20,000 bases of DNA from an uncultured virus (IMG/VR IMGVR_UViG_3300044712_002657) (taxonomy: Duplodnaviria > Heunggongvirae > Uroviricota > Caudoviricetes). Positions 1-8,251 of the stretch are shown here, piece after piece (within the stretch, counting starts at the first letter, position 1; the number at the start of each line of letters is the position of its first letter). The notes under the pieces were generated by a model. That model worked only from the letters and a program-made list of their open reading frames with translations, was not told where the DNA came from and searched no databases. A program made the position numbers and the translations under genes. The DNA lies in IMG/VR virus record IMGVR_UViG_3300044712_002657; one strand, given 5' to 3'.

Positions 1-1268
1 GATATCTTAAGGTACCGCTCTACCGCCTTCTTGGCTACATCCTTATCTGCTCCGCAGTTTATAACAATAGCAATCTTATTGGGCACCGCGTTCTCCATTC
101 TGGATACGTTTGGGGTCTCGGAAGGCATCTCGCTAAATACAGCCTCAAACTTGTCGCATACCTTTTCAGACGCGTACTGCTCGACAACTCGTTGCCTGCC
201 CGCCAGCCCGATCTTGGAAAGGATCTTGGAACCTTTCTTCCATTCCGAGTAAGCCCATTCGAGCTTTTCCGCGAAGTCCGAGACGCTTCTTTGACTATAT
301 ACCCCACTCTCGCCGGCGACCTCTCTTAAAACAGCATTGTCGGGGCAAATGACTGGAAGTCCGCAAGACATAGCTTCAGCTATTCCCAAACCAAAGCCTT
401 CGCAAGCAGTAGTCGTTAAGAAAACGTCGGCGACTTGATAAAGCTTTGCGAGAACGTGTTCCTTAAAGAAGTAGTCGCGGAACAACACCTTTTCCGAGAT
501 ACCTAATTGCGTCGCCAGCTTTTCCAAATCAATGCCGCGTCCAGTCATGGAATCATACATCAAATGATCGCGAGGATTGCATTTTGCGATCAAATGGACA
601 TCATCTTTGTTTTTAGCGAACTTGGCAAAGGCTTGAAAGGTCAAGTCCCACCGTTTTCTCGGTTGATGCCTGTCGACTCGAAGGACTACGAATTTCTTCT
701 CAAACCCCTGTCTTGATTCCAACTTCGCTGAGTGTTTATGGTCTGCTGGACAGAAGACGTCATCTATCGCATGTGGGATAACGACAGAATCTACGTCCGG
801 ATTCAAGCTTCGCGAATATTCGCTAGTAAAGATGGTCTTCCGGACGTGTTGAAACACCTTTTGGGTCGCCTGCTTGTCCGGACCATGACCTTCGTCCGGA
901 ATATAGGCGGCAGATATGTCTAGAACCTTCTTTGGTAAATCGGCAACATAGAAGAGTCGATGCGCGTCGTTATAGAACAACATCGCGTCAGGCTTAACTT
1001 CCTCGTATGCTCTTATGACAGTATCGGAATTACCGTAGATCAAAGAATGGTCGGCTTCGAGCGCGTAGTTCGGGACGATCTTAATGCCGTTCCACTCGGT
1101 CTTGTTCGTGGCGCGGCAATTGTTAAATGCCATCGCATAGACGTCCCAACCGCGAGACATGAGTCCCTTTGCAAGCAGCCGAGATTGGCTTGCGAATCCT
1201 GTTTGTATGGATGGGTTGTCGCTAAGGATTAAGAGCCTTGTTCTGCGCTTCCGTCGTAGTTGATCCAT
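1..1268 (-). CDS. Glycosyltransferase family 4 (GT-B), 3'-truncated by the window edge, with a C-terminal extension that may be a second domain
   Basis: Absent from the ORF track; translated by hand from ATG 1268 with no stop to position 1. MDQLRRKRRTRLLILSDNPSIQTGFASQSRLLAKGL...VIPHAID...FVVLRVDRHQPRKRWDL...LYQVADVFLTTTACEGFGLGIAEAMSCGLPVICPD shows the EX7E and RK motifs of GT4. Continues past the GT-B end (NKIAIVINCGADK...). Confidence 0.9.
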   Translation of the reverse strand, partial: MDQLRRKRRTRLLILSDNPSIQTGFASQSRLLAKGLMSRGWDVYAMAFNNCRATNKTEWNGIKIVPNYALEADHSLIYGNSDTVIRAYEEVKPDAMLFYNDAHRLFYVADLPKKVLDISAAYIPDEGHGPDKQATQKVFQHVRKTIFTSEYSRSLNPDVDSVVIPHAIDDVFCPADHKHSAKLESRQGFEKKFVVLRVDRHQPRKRWDLTFQAFAKFAKNKDDVHLIAKCNPRDHLMYDSMTGRGIDLEKLATQLGISEKVLFRDYFFKEHVLAKLYQVADVFLTTTACEGFGLGIAEAMSCGLPVICPDNAVLREVAGESGVYSQRSVSDFAEKLEWAYSEWKKGSKILSKIGLAGRQRVVEQYASEKVCDKFEAVFSEMPSETPNVSRMENAVPNKIAIVINCGADKDVAKKAVERYLKI

Positions 1269-1594
1269 TCCGCGAATTCTTCAGTATTGCACCAACCAGC
1301 ACCATTGCACAGGGGACACGCATCGTATCCCTCTCTGATATCAGCATTGCATTGACATTTCTTCAAAACACCCTTTGTCTGGAGCTTCGTGAAGAGATCG
1401 ATCATGGCTTGATAGTACTCGTCCATGACGACCTTACGGAAGTACTTGAATTCGGAACTGTTCCTGTTCCCGATACGGAACTCACCCATGTTCAGGATGT
1501 TCTTCATTCCGGTAATTTCTCTCAGGAAGATAGCTTTCGCGACTTGTCCGTCTTCGAGAAGCTCTGGTCCCTTTGGCTTTCTGATCTCGTTCAT
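1229..1594 (-). CDS. Hypothetical protein with C-terminal zinc-finger-like motif
   Basis: 121 aa; AGGAG RBS upstream; CQC-x10-CPLCNGAGWC resembles a CxxCxGxG Zn-ribbon. Overlaps the start of the downstream GT4 by 40 bp. Confidence 0.75.
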   Translation of the reverse strand: MNEIRKPKGPELLEDGQVAKAIFLREITGMKNILNMGEFRIGNRNSSEFKYFRKVVMDEYYQAMIDLFTKLQTKGVLKKCQCNADIREGYDACPLCNGAGWCNTEEFAEWINYDGSAEQGS

Positions 1595-1596
1595 TG

Positions 1597-2490
1597 CTAT
1601 CTCCTGATCTTAACACGGCTCAAGGGCTGTCCTGTCGCCGACGTCGCCCTGGGTCTGGATTCAAGTTGGCGTCGCGGTGCCGGAGATTGTCCATCGTCTG
1701 CTGCTCCGGTCATGCGCAGCATTTGGTCCATAGTAAGCTGCCCTGTACTTGTAATGTCCTCAGGCTCCTTACCATCGTCCTCGATCTTGATTTCTTCGAC
1801 GTCGTCAACGGAGACCGCCCCGCGACGAACTCCCTCGGCATAACGTTCCGCAGAACCAGAAGTCCCGTCAGACACGATTTCCAATGTCGTCTTCGAGTCC
1901 TCTTCCGCCTTTTGGTCCGCCAACTGTTGTAATTTCGCCGCTTCGACAGGCGTACACGGAACGAGAATATTGTCACGCATCAACTGTTGGAGAATGACAG
2001 AATTCTCAACAGCCTCTTTGTCCAAAAGGGCAAGGTTAATCGCAGTATTAGGCGCGATCGCCAAGGCTCGTTTCAGGGTCTTGTCGCCTCGAATACCCTC
2101 CCCAACGTAGAGATCGTCGATAATGATGTGCGTCTTCGCCGCCGACCTCAAATACGAGGATCTCTGAGCCGGAGCGGGAACTTGCCTTTGAGGTGCCCTT
2201 TGCGTAACTGGTTTGCGAACTTGCGGGGCTTCGACTTCAGCTTCTGCCTCGGCTTGGGGTCCGACCTCTCCGCTTTGGATGCCTTCGATAAACTGCTCAA
2301 ACTTCTCTTTCGGCAACGGACTAACCTTGTCAACGACGTATACATCAGCCTCCGCAAACAGCCGCTCAAAGAACCTTTTGTTATGTTCAAGCTGAAGATC
2401 GGAATACTTGACAACCTTGAGCGTATTGCCGATGGCAACCTTGACGGTTTGTTCGGGATCGTCGATAAACACTACCGCATTCTTACCCAT
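1597..2490 (-). CDS. Hypothetical protein; the central small domain resembles the N-terminus of the upstream GT4
   Basis: About 297 aa from ATG 2490 (GGAGA RBS; the track uses TTG 2496). Tightly packed in the minus-strand operon, with low-complexity linkers. Confidence 0.8.
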   Translation of the reverse strand: MGKNAVVFIDDPEQTVKVAIGNTLKVVKYSDLQLEHNKRFFERLFAEADVYVVDKVSPLPKEKFEQFIEGIQSGEVGPQAEAEAEVEAPQVRKPVTQRAPQRQVPAPAQRSSYLRSAAKTHIIIDDLYVGEGIRGDKTLKRALAIAPNTAINLALLDKEAVENSVILQQLMRDNILVPCTPVEAAKLQQLADQKAEEDSKTTLEIVSDGTSGSAERYAEGVRRGAVSVDDVEEIKIEDDGKEPEDITSTGQLTMDQMLRMTGAADDGQSPAPRRQLESRPRATSATGQPLSRVKIRR

Positions 2491-2503
2491 GTTCAATCTC
2501 CAT

Positions 2504-3985
2504 TCATTTCTTTGTCAGTACTTCGTAAGTCGCCTTCAACTTCTCTTGCATTTTAACGATACAATTCGACCAGGTATACTCACTCACAACCCTGTCGTGT
2601 AACTTATTGGCTTTTTCTTGTGCTTCTTCCTTCTGTTCAAAGACGCGGCGCATGAAATACCTTGTCTGCTCTACAGCCTTATCGCCGAAGATAGGGAATT
2701 CCGCGTCCTTGTAGTAGTAGCTGATGTTTGACAAGGACCCTTCTTCCTTGGTAAAACCGTCTACGTCTACAAGGTAAGAGTTGTCGTCATCAAGGAAGTC
2801 GGTTTGTCCGGAGTAGCGAGAGGCAATAACAGGAAGACCGCACGCCGCCGCCTCGCAGAACGGCAAGCCGAAACCCTCGCCTCGGCTGATAAGGACATAG
2901 CAATCGCAAGAGGCGTAGAGTCTTGGGAGCATGTTCTCTGACATTACGTCGCCAAACAAAATGATTTGCGGCTTCTTCGGGTTCCTGACCGTAGCACTTA
3001 CGCGGGCGATGTCATCCCTGATGACCTTCTTCTTGCTTTCGTCCGCCGAGCCCCAAAAGCGGCTAGAAATCAAAAGCGTCACAGGATCGTCCGAAGTAAA
3101 CTCTTCCAAATACGACTTCAAAAGTACGTCGTATCCCTTGCGCATAGACCAGCCGAAAACCGACAAAAAGATGAACGGATTCAGTTTTTTAGTAAACGCG
3201 AGCGGCTCTGCGTCCTTTTTGTAGATCGTCGTATCAACGCCTAGCGGGACTACAGAAATCGGTCTACGGATGCCCGACTCAAGGAACATCTGTTTGCACC
3301 ATTTGGAAGGCACGATAATCTCGTCCGCACAATTACAAAGCTCGGCATACCTTTCGTGGAGCCTGCGCGTCTCCATCATTGTAAAAAGCGCCTTGTATCG
3401 TGCCCAATCATAATGCGTTGGGGCAACCGACCCGTAGACCTTCGGGGCGTCTTTCGGGACTAGCGTAAGTGTAAGTTTTCTCAACTCCATAGCTACGGAA
3501 GGATCGATATCCCCCGTCGCCTGCAACGGCTCGTATTGCAGATTGACTCCAGCCTCGGCAAGACCGAGCATGAACTTTCGATTCATTTTGGCATAACCGC
3601 CAGCTTCGGCACCAGGACCTGTCCAGACAACAGATATCTGTCCCTCTGTTTTGTATTTCTCGATGGCAGATCCGCCGTATGGGAGCTTTTTGGGTATTGC
3701 TTGCGCCGTCTTGACTACCCCTGTATTCAATAACGTCGGAAGCGCCTTGTCAGCCAACATTGACTGTGTCTGTACAAAAGGCGATTCAGGGTCAAGATCA
3801 ATCTTCGTTGCCAGCGGGTCTTTTGACGAAACCAAACTCCGCTTTTTCAGTGCGATCCTGAGCATTAAAGACCTTTTCGCGACCTCGTCAGGAATCTCAA
3901 TGGGCTTCTTCTCGGGGTCGTACAAAATGGTAATGTTCGCGTCTTCCAGAAAGACCGTATTCTTGGATACATTGACAACGTACAT
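2504..3985 (-). CDS. Glycosyltransferase family 4 (GT-B) with an extra ~55-aa N-terminal domain
   Basis: GGYAK; FTMMET; ADEIIVPS; FLSVFGWSMRKGYDVLL; SRGEGFGLPFCEAAACGLPVI (EX7E). GAGGAGGTG RBS upstream. Confidence 0.93.
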   Translation of the reverse strand: MYVVNVSKNTVFLEDANITILYDPEKKPIEIPDEVAKRSLMLRIALKKRSLVSSKDPLATKIDLDPESPFVQTQSMLADKALPTLLNTGVVKTAQAIPKKLPYGGSAIEKYKTEGQISVVWTGPGAEAGGYAKMNRKFMLGLAEAGVNLQYEPLQATGDIDPSVAMELRKLTLTLVPKDAPKVYGSVAPTHYDWARYKALFTMMETRRLHERYAELCNCADEIIVPSKWCKQMFLESGIRRPISVVPLGVDTTIYKKDAEPLAFTKKLNPFIFLSVFGWSMRKGYDVLLKSYLEEFTSDDPVTLLISSRFWGSADESKKKVIRDDIARVSATVRNPKKPQIILFGDVMSENMLPRLYASCDCYVLISRGEGFGLPFCEAAACGLPVIASRYSGQTDFLDDDNSYLVDVDGFTKEEGSLSNISYYYKDAEFPIFGDKAVEQTRYFMRRVFEQKEEAQEKANKLHDRVVSEYTWSNCIVKMQEKLKATYEVLTKK

Positions 3986-4012
3986 ATTTCACCTCCTCGG
4001 GGGGACACTCCT

Positions 4013-4034
4013 ATTATACACAGTGTTGTATTAT
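4013..4034. promoter_or_regulatory. Divergent -10-type promoter pair: GTATAAT on - (4013-4019) and GTATTAT on + (4028-4034)
   Basis: Lies in the 55-bp gap between divergent GT4 genes. The + hexamer is 6 nt before ATG 4041 with no SD, suggesting a leaderless mRNA. Confidence 0.55.
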
Positions 4035-4040
4035 GACGGC

Positions 4041-5252
4041 ATGGATTTAGCAATAACGGCATTCTTAAACCCTTCAGGCATCTCATACGTCGGACAAGCA
4101 TTCTTCGGCTTGTTTGACAAGCTTGGCTTCAGGACGGTTCCGGTCTGGATCGCGCCACCCGAAAAGGTTGATTTCCTTGATCGAAAGCTGGCAGCGAGAA
4201 TGTTAGAGTGCTCGGGACGGCAACTGACAGACTCGCCGCTTCAGTTCCATACGGGACTTAGCCATCAAATCAAGCTGCTCAAAGGGTACTCGGGCATCGT
4301 TACGAGCGCGATCTTCGAAGGCAACCGCCTGACGCCGCGCCATATTGAGATTTTTAACCAAAACGATGCCATCCTCGCCCCTACACGCTTTTGCGAAAGA
4401 ATCTGCCTTTCGTCAGGCGTCCCAAAGAACAAGGTCTTCTATGTTCCATATCCATTGAACTCAGATGTTTGGAATACGAGTGTTACGCCTCTTTTGCCAA
4501 GGACCAATCGATTTCGGTTCCTTTATTTGAATACTTGGCACGAAAGAAAAGGTTGGGACATCCTCTTGAGAGCCTTTTGGGACGAGTTCTCGCGAGACGA
4601 TCCAGTCGAGTTGGTCCTGAAGTCGTACCTAGAAAATACACGGACCGAATCTATGCAGTCGGTCATCTCTCGCTACGCCCGCACGCTTAACATAGACCCT
4701 TCATGGCGGGCACCAGTTACGACCATCGATAGGCTCATCTCGTCCGAAGAAATGCCTAGCTTCATGAAGTCCTTCGATGCTTATGTCTCGCCGCATCGAA
4801 GCGAAGGTTTCGGCCTAAACATTTGGCACGCGATGAGTCTTGGTGTTCCAGTTATCTGTACTGATTACGGCGGGAATACGGACTTCACAAAGGACGATAC
4901 GGCTTGGTTGGTCAAACCCGAGAAAATGTCTTCGCCTAGCAGTACCGAATGCGCTAAGTTCCCGCATCTCGCGAACATGGTTTGGGCAGAGCCTGACATT
5001 GCAGGACTGCGCAAAGCCATGAGGGACTGCTTCATTGAACAGAAGGAAGCCGCCAAACGAGCCGAGACAGGCGCCTTGGTTGTTCGCACCAACTTTTCTT
5101 ACGAAAAGGTCGGGATGATGGTTGAAACAGCCCTGAACAGGCGACTGCCTGGTATTTGGGAACAGCTTGCGATGGAGCGGATATTCTCGGGATTCTCCGC
5201 TCCTGCTCAACGTTACTCTTCCGGAAAACCAATCAAGCTGGTCGAGATTTAA
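4041..5252 (+). CDS. Glycosyltransferase family 4 (GT-B), variant EX7H motif
   Basis: Likely start is ATG 4041 (MDLAITAFLNPSG), not 3651. FRFLYLNTWHERKGWDILLRAF; HRSEGFGLNIWHAMSLGVPVICTDYGG; WAEPD. Confidence 0.9.
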   Translation: MDLAITAFLNPSGISYVGQAFFGLFDKLGFRTVPVWIAPPEKVDFLDRKLAARMLECSGRQLTDSPLQFHTGLSHQIKLLKGYSGIVTSAIFEGNRLTPRHIEIFNQNDAILAPTRFCERICLSSGVPKNKVFYVPYPLNSDVWNTSVTPLLPRTNRFRFLYLNTWHERKGWDILLRAFWDEFSRDDPVELVLKSYLENTRTESMQSVISRYARTLNIDPSWRAPVTTIDRLISSEEMPSFMKSFDAYVSPHRSEGFGLNIWHAMSLGVPVICTDYGGNTDFTKDDTAWLVKPEKMSSPSSTECAKFPHLANMVWAEPDIAGLRKAMRDCFIEQKEAAKRAETGALVVRTNFSYEKVGMMVETALNRRLPGIWEQLAMERIFSGFSAPAQRYSSGKPIKLVEI

Positions 5253-6190
5253 GAATCGAGGTATCCGGCTTTTGCGAACAGCCGATTCGCTACGTCCAAA
5301 AGCTTATCCCTGTTCTCGATCTTCTCAACCCATTCTGCCGGAATGGACTCCAAACCCAACCGTGCGCCCATCCAACCGCCAGCAATGCAGGCAATACTGT
5401 CGCTGTCGCCAATAGCATTGGCGGCCAATAGAACCGCGTCTTTGTACGAGTTCGGATGCGTCATGCAGCAGAACAGCGCACAGGCGACGGCTTCATGCCC
5501 GCACCAACCCTCGCCAACGCCATCTTCGCTCATGACGAAGTCTGGATCTCTCCGTTCGGCAGCGTATTGCGTCGCCTTCAAAATGACCTTGGTGAACTCT
5601 TCGTTGATGGAGTCGACACGGACGAGTTCGTTTCCCCATTGTCCGACAGGGGTTCCGGCAAATGCCAAATGAGTTACCAGCGCGTTTCCGACTGAGGCGC
5701 AAATGGCGACCTCATTCGGGTGCGTAATGATGCTTGAGTTGACGCCATAATCAACAATCTCATGCTCTTGGTCGAACATCAGACCGATTGGAGCCGACCG
5801 CATGGCTGAACCACAACCTTTAGAGGACTCGATACCAGCCTTTTCCCAATGAACTCCCGACTTGAGGTTCGAGCAGGCTGTCAAGCACGTATTGCCCGGC
5901 GCGCGACTCTGGTTCGGGTCCTTCTGCGTATCGTACCATTCTATGAACTTCTGACCCAACGCCCGGATGAACTTCTCCGGGTCCTTGCCAGTTTCGATTA
6001 ACGCCTCCGCGATGCAGAGGGTCATTTGGGTGTCGTCGGTATAGATCGGCGGAACAGGCAAATCTTTGACGCCGCCCTTCGTTACCGCCAATATGTCTTC
6101 GCGCGAACGAATAAACTCAGTTTCTCGCCCAAGGGCGTCGCCTATCGCAAGCCCAAGGATACAGCCTTGAAATCTTTGACGCACATTCAT
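5249..6190 (-). CDS. ADP-ribosylglycohydrolase (ARH/DraG family)
   Basis: GLAIGDALG, YTDDTQMT, SKGCGSAMRSAPIG, ITH and GDSDSIACIAG-x3-GA motifs of the family; AAGGAG RBS. Confidence 0.95.
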   Translation of the reverse strand: MNVRQRFQGCILGLAIGDALGRETEFIRSREDILAVTKGGVKDLPVPPIYTDDTQMTLCIAEALIETGKDPEKFIRALGQKFIEWYDTQKDPNQSRAPGNTCLTACSNLKSGVHWEKAGIESSKGCGSAMRSAPIGLMFDQEHEIVDYGVNSSIITHPNEVAICASVGNALVTHLAFAGTPVGQWGNELVRVDSINEEFTKVILKATQYAAERRDPDFVMSEDGVGEGWCGHEAVACALFCCMTHPNSYKDAVLLAANAIGDSDSIACIAGGWMGARLGLESIPAEWVEKIENRDKLLDVANRLFAKAGYLDS

Positions 6191-6213
6191 AACGACAATC
6201 TCCTTATTTTGGA

Positions 6214-6220
6214 ATTATAC
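6214..6220 (-). promoter_or_regulatory. Putative -10 promoter (TGTATAAT) for the ARH gene
   Basis: Minus strand reads CTGTATAAT-tccaaaat-AAGGAG-attgtcgtt-ATG. Confidence 0.5.
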
Positions 6221-6276
6221 AGAGGGAATCTACTCGAACGTATCGAATATTCTATTGGATACTTGGAGAGTATACA

Positions 6277-6918
6277 ATGGAATTCAACACAGACGATATT
6301 ACTGGCAAAGTCTACGGCGAATTGACTGTAATCAATTTCTCCCATGCCGAGCCGCACAAAAAGCTCAAGCATTTCAAGTACCTCTACCTCTGCAAGTGCT
6401 CATGCGGAAAAGAGAAAAAGGTTGTTAGAACAAACTTGATTACTGGACATACAACGTCTTGTGGTTGCAAGAAACGACGGAATAGGTCCGCCAGCAAAAC
6501 TTGGAGTGGTTTCGGACAAATCAGCGGACGGACTTGGTACAAAATTAAACGCCATGCAATTAGTCGCAAATTAGAGTTTGACATAAGCATCGAAGATGCA
6601 TGGCGTCAGTTTGAGAAACAAAACGGTCGTTGCGCCCTATCTGGACTTCCAATTCATCTCAATAACTTCAAACTGGATGGCAAGTATACATGGCATACCG
6701 CCTCGCTGGACAGAATTGACAGTACTAAGGGGTATCGTCCCAACAACATCCAATGGATTCATAAAAACATAAACATCATGAAGAACAGTCTGCCAGAAGA
6801 CATGTTCGTTGGATATTGCCGTTTAATAACAGATAGACTCGTATCAAATTGCTCTATGGACGTATTGGAGAACGGTTACAATCTATGGAAGTCGTATCGT
6901 GTCGCCATCTCTTCATGA
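6277..6918 (+). CDS. Free-standing HNH-type (homing) endonuclease
   Basis: N-terminal G-x2-YG-x-LTV...YLCKCSCG...L-x2-G-x-TTSCGC module. C-terminal QNGRCALSG...ASLDRIDSTKGY-x3-NIQWIH-x2-IN-x-MK nuclease motif typical of phage HNH proteins. GGAG RBS; antisense to both neighbours. Confidence 0.88.
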   Translation: MEFNTDDITGKVYGELTVINFSHAEPHKKLKHFKYLYLCKCSCGKEKKVVRTNLITGHTTSCGCKKRRNRSASKTWSGFGQISGRTWYKIKRHAISRKLEFDISIEDAWRQFEKQNGRCALSGLPIHLNNFKLDGKYTWHTASLDRIDSTKGYRPNNIQWIHKNINIMKNSLPEDMFVGYCRLITDRLVSNCSMDVLENGYNLWKSYRVAISS

Positions 6919-7892
6919 ACTTTCATGTTCAGTCCGCAGACTTCAGGGCTGCACGAACAATCGCACATGGCAAGAACAGGAGGCGTCTTCTTACAGAGAT
7001 TCTTAGAAGCTTCCCATGCTTCCTTTACGGTCGCCGTCAACGGCGCGACAATATAACCGTCGCGATACAGGTAAGTACAAGGCGAATACCCCGCGCAGCC
7101 GACCCTTAACTCGGCGTTTGCTCTATAGCACGGCCAAGTAATTATCGGATGATATACGCCCAAATCAGCCAACGGTCCCAACATTTCTTGGACCTTGAAT
7201 TCGACCATTGGGAAACGGTTCAACGAGATTTCGTAAGCCCTTGGAGCGACCTTGAGATTGAAGTCGGCAATTTGGTCGTACGTAAACTTGTCAGCCGTCC
7301 CGCGCGGCGGCATCAACTGTATGTCGGAAATGAAACCGACATTGTCCTTTATGTGCTGCAAGAACGCTGGCAGTTCTTGGAAATTGGATGGCATGACCAT
7401 ATGGTTTATGAACATTCGAGGCTCATAAAACTGTCCAAATGGGGCATATTTTGCCAAGAATGACATGCATTCCGGAGGTTGGGCGATCCAGTCCCAAGAT
7501 ACGTTGATCGAATTAAGACCCGCTTCTTTAAGCTCGACGAATCGATCTTCGGAAAACTTACCGTTGGAAGAAAGGTCAACGCGTACTTTTCGTTCCTTAC
7601 ACCAATGGATCATCTTCGGGAGATCAGGATGCAGCGTACATTCGCCGCCCGTCAAATGGATGTGAATGAGTCCAAGGTCAAAAGCCTGATCAAGGATGGA
7701 TTTTACCTGTTCCCACGGCATCTCGCCGCCAGTAAACGACGTCTTGTTACACTTCTCGCAAGCCAAGTTACAACGGTCGGTAACCTGAATAGTAAGTTCC
7801 AACAATCTTGGAGGTCTGCGCTCTGAGATAAGTCGGCGATACTTTTCCTTGGCGTGCCACCAGTACCCGTGCGTCAGCTTAGTAATGTCCAT
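6876..7892 (-). CDS. Radical SAM enzyme with Cys-rich C-terminal (SPASM/twitch-like) region
   Basis: TDRCNLACEKC (CxxxCxxC), LTGGE, SSNG, INVSWD. C-terminal WPC...GYSPC...CDCSC-x4-C. Confidence 0.9.
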   Translation of the reverse strand: MDITKLTHGYWWHAKEKYRRLISERRPPRLLELTIQVTDRCNLACEKCNKTSFTGGEMPWEQVKSILDQAFDLGLIHIHLTGGECTLHPDLPKMIHWCKERKVRVDLSSNGKFSEDRFVELKEAGLNSINVSWDWIAQPPECMSFLAKYAPFGQFYEPRMFINHMVMPSNFQELPAFLQHIKDNVGFISDIQLMPPRGTADKFTYDQIADFNLKVAPRAYEISLNRFPMVEFKVQEMLGPLADLGVYHPIITWPCYRANAELRVGCAGYSPCTYLYRDGYIVAPLTATVKEAWEASKNLCKKTPPVLAMCDCSCSPEVCGLNMKVHEEMATRYDFHRL

Positions 7893-7942
7893 TGTCTCGT
7901 TTCAATCCGTATGCCCGCGCAGAGACCCCTGTTCACTTACAG

Positions 7943-7970
7943 ATTGTACCGGATCTCGGGTGAAGGTCAA
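7943..7970 (-). promoter_or_regulatory. Sigma70-like promoter for the radical SAM gene
   Basis: Minus strand TTGACC (7970-7965), 16-nt spacer, TACAAT (7948-7943). Confidence 0.65.
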
Positions 7971-8011
7971 GAATTTTTGGAATATTCCAGCACTCTGCGG
8001 TATTATTGAGT

Positions 8012-8080
8012 TGAACAGATTACAACGGGGGTTGATGCTGCGGCGGGACGGGGGACCGAGAGGTTCCCCGTTTACTTTTT
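8012..8080 (+). ncRNA. Candidate ~70-nt small RNA
   Basis: GTATTAT at 8000-8006 is followed by a + strand terminator at 8048-8080, with no plausible + CDS between two minus-strand genes. Confidence 0.35.
8048..8080 (+). terminator. Intrinsic terminator-like hairpin
   Basis: ACGGGGGACC-GAGA-GGTTCCCCGT: 10-bp stem with one G-U pair and a GNRA loop, followed by TTACTTTTT. Confidence 0.65.
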
Positions 8081-8242
8081 CGCCCGAATTTCACGAACGA
8101 TCAGGTTTCCAGCATCGATCAACTGCTGACCTTCAAATAACGACCATTCGTCCGGATTAAAATTTTCGTTATGAATCGTAAGACGACGAATCGCCTCAAG
8201 CAGTTGAGATTTCGTCAATGATGCTGTAACCTCGACTTGCAC
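8072..8242 (-). CDS. Small hypothetical protein (56 aa), not in the ORF track
   Basis: GGAGG-caca-GTG directly after the AAA+ stop; MQVEVTASLTKSQLLEAIRRLTIHNENFNPDEWSLFEGQQLIDAGNLIVREIRAKK*. Confidence 0.7.
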   Translation of the reverse strand: MQVEVTASLTKSQLLEAIRRLTIHNENFNPDEWSLFEGQQLIDAGNLIVREIRAKK

Positions 8243-8251
8243 TGTGCCTCC

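Noticed and set aside
1238..2556. Long + strand ORFs (1238-1843, 1987-2556) and similar shadow ORFs elsewhere
   Set aside because: They are antisense shadows of RBS-supported genes and have no protein motifs.
3651..4040. 130-aa N-terminal extension of the + strand GT4 given in the ORF track
   Set aside because: It is antisense to the real 2504-3985 gene and crosses the promoter gap; GT-like sequence starts at ATG 4041.
6876..8242. RiPP system with the 56-aa ORF as precursor for the radical SAM, or a moaA/viperin call
   Set aside because: The small ORF is coupled to the AAA+ gene, is separated from the radical SAM by a promoter and hairpin, and lacks precursor-like motifs. No diagnostic MoaA or viperin motifs were recognised.
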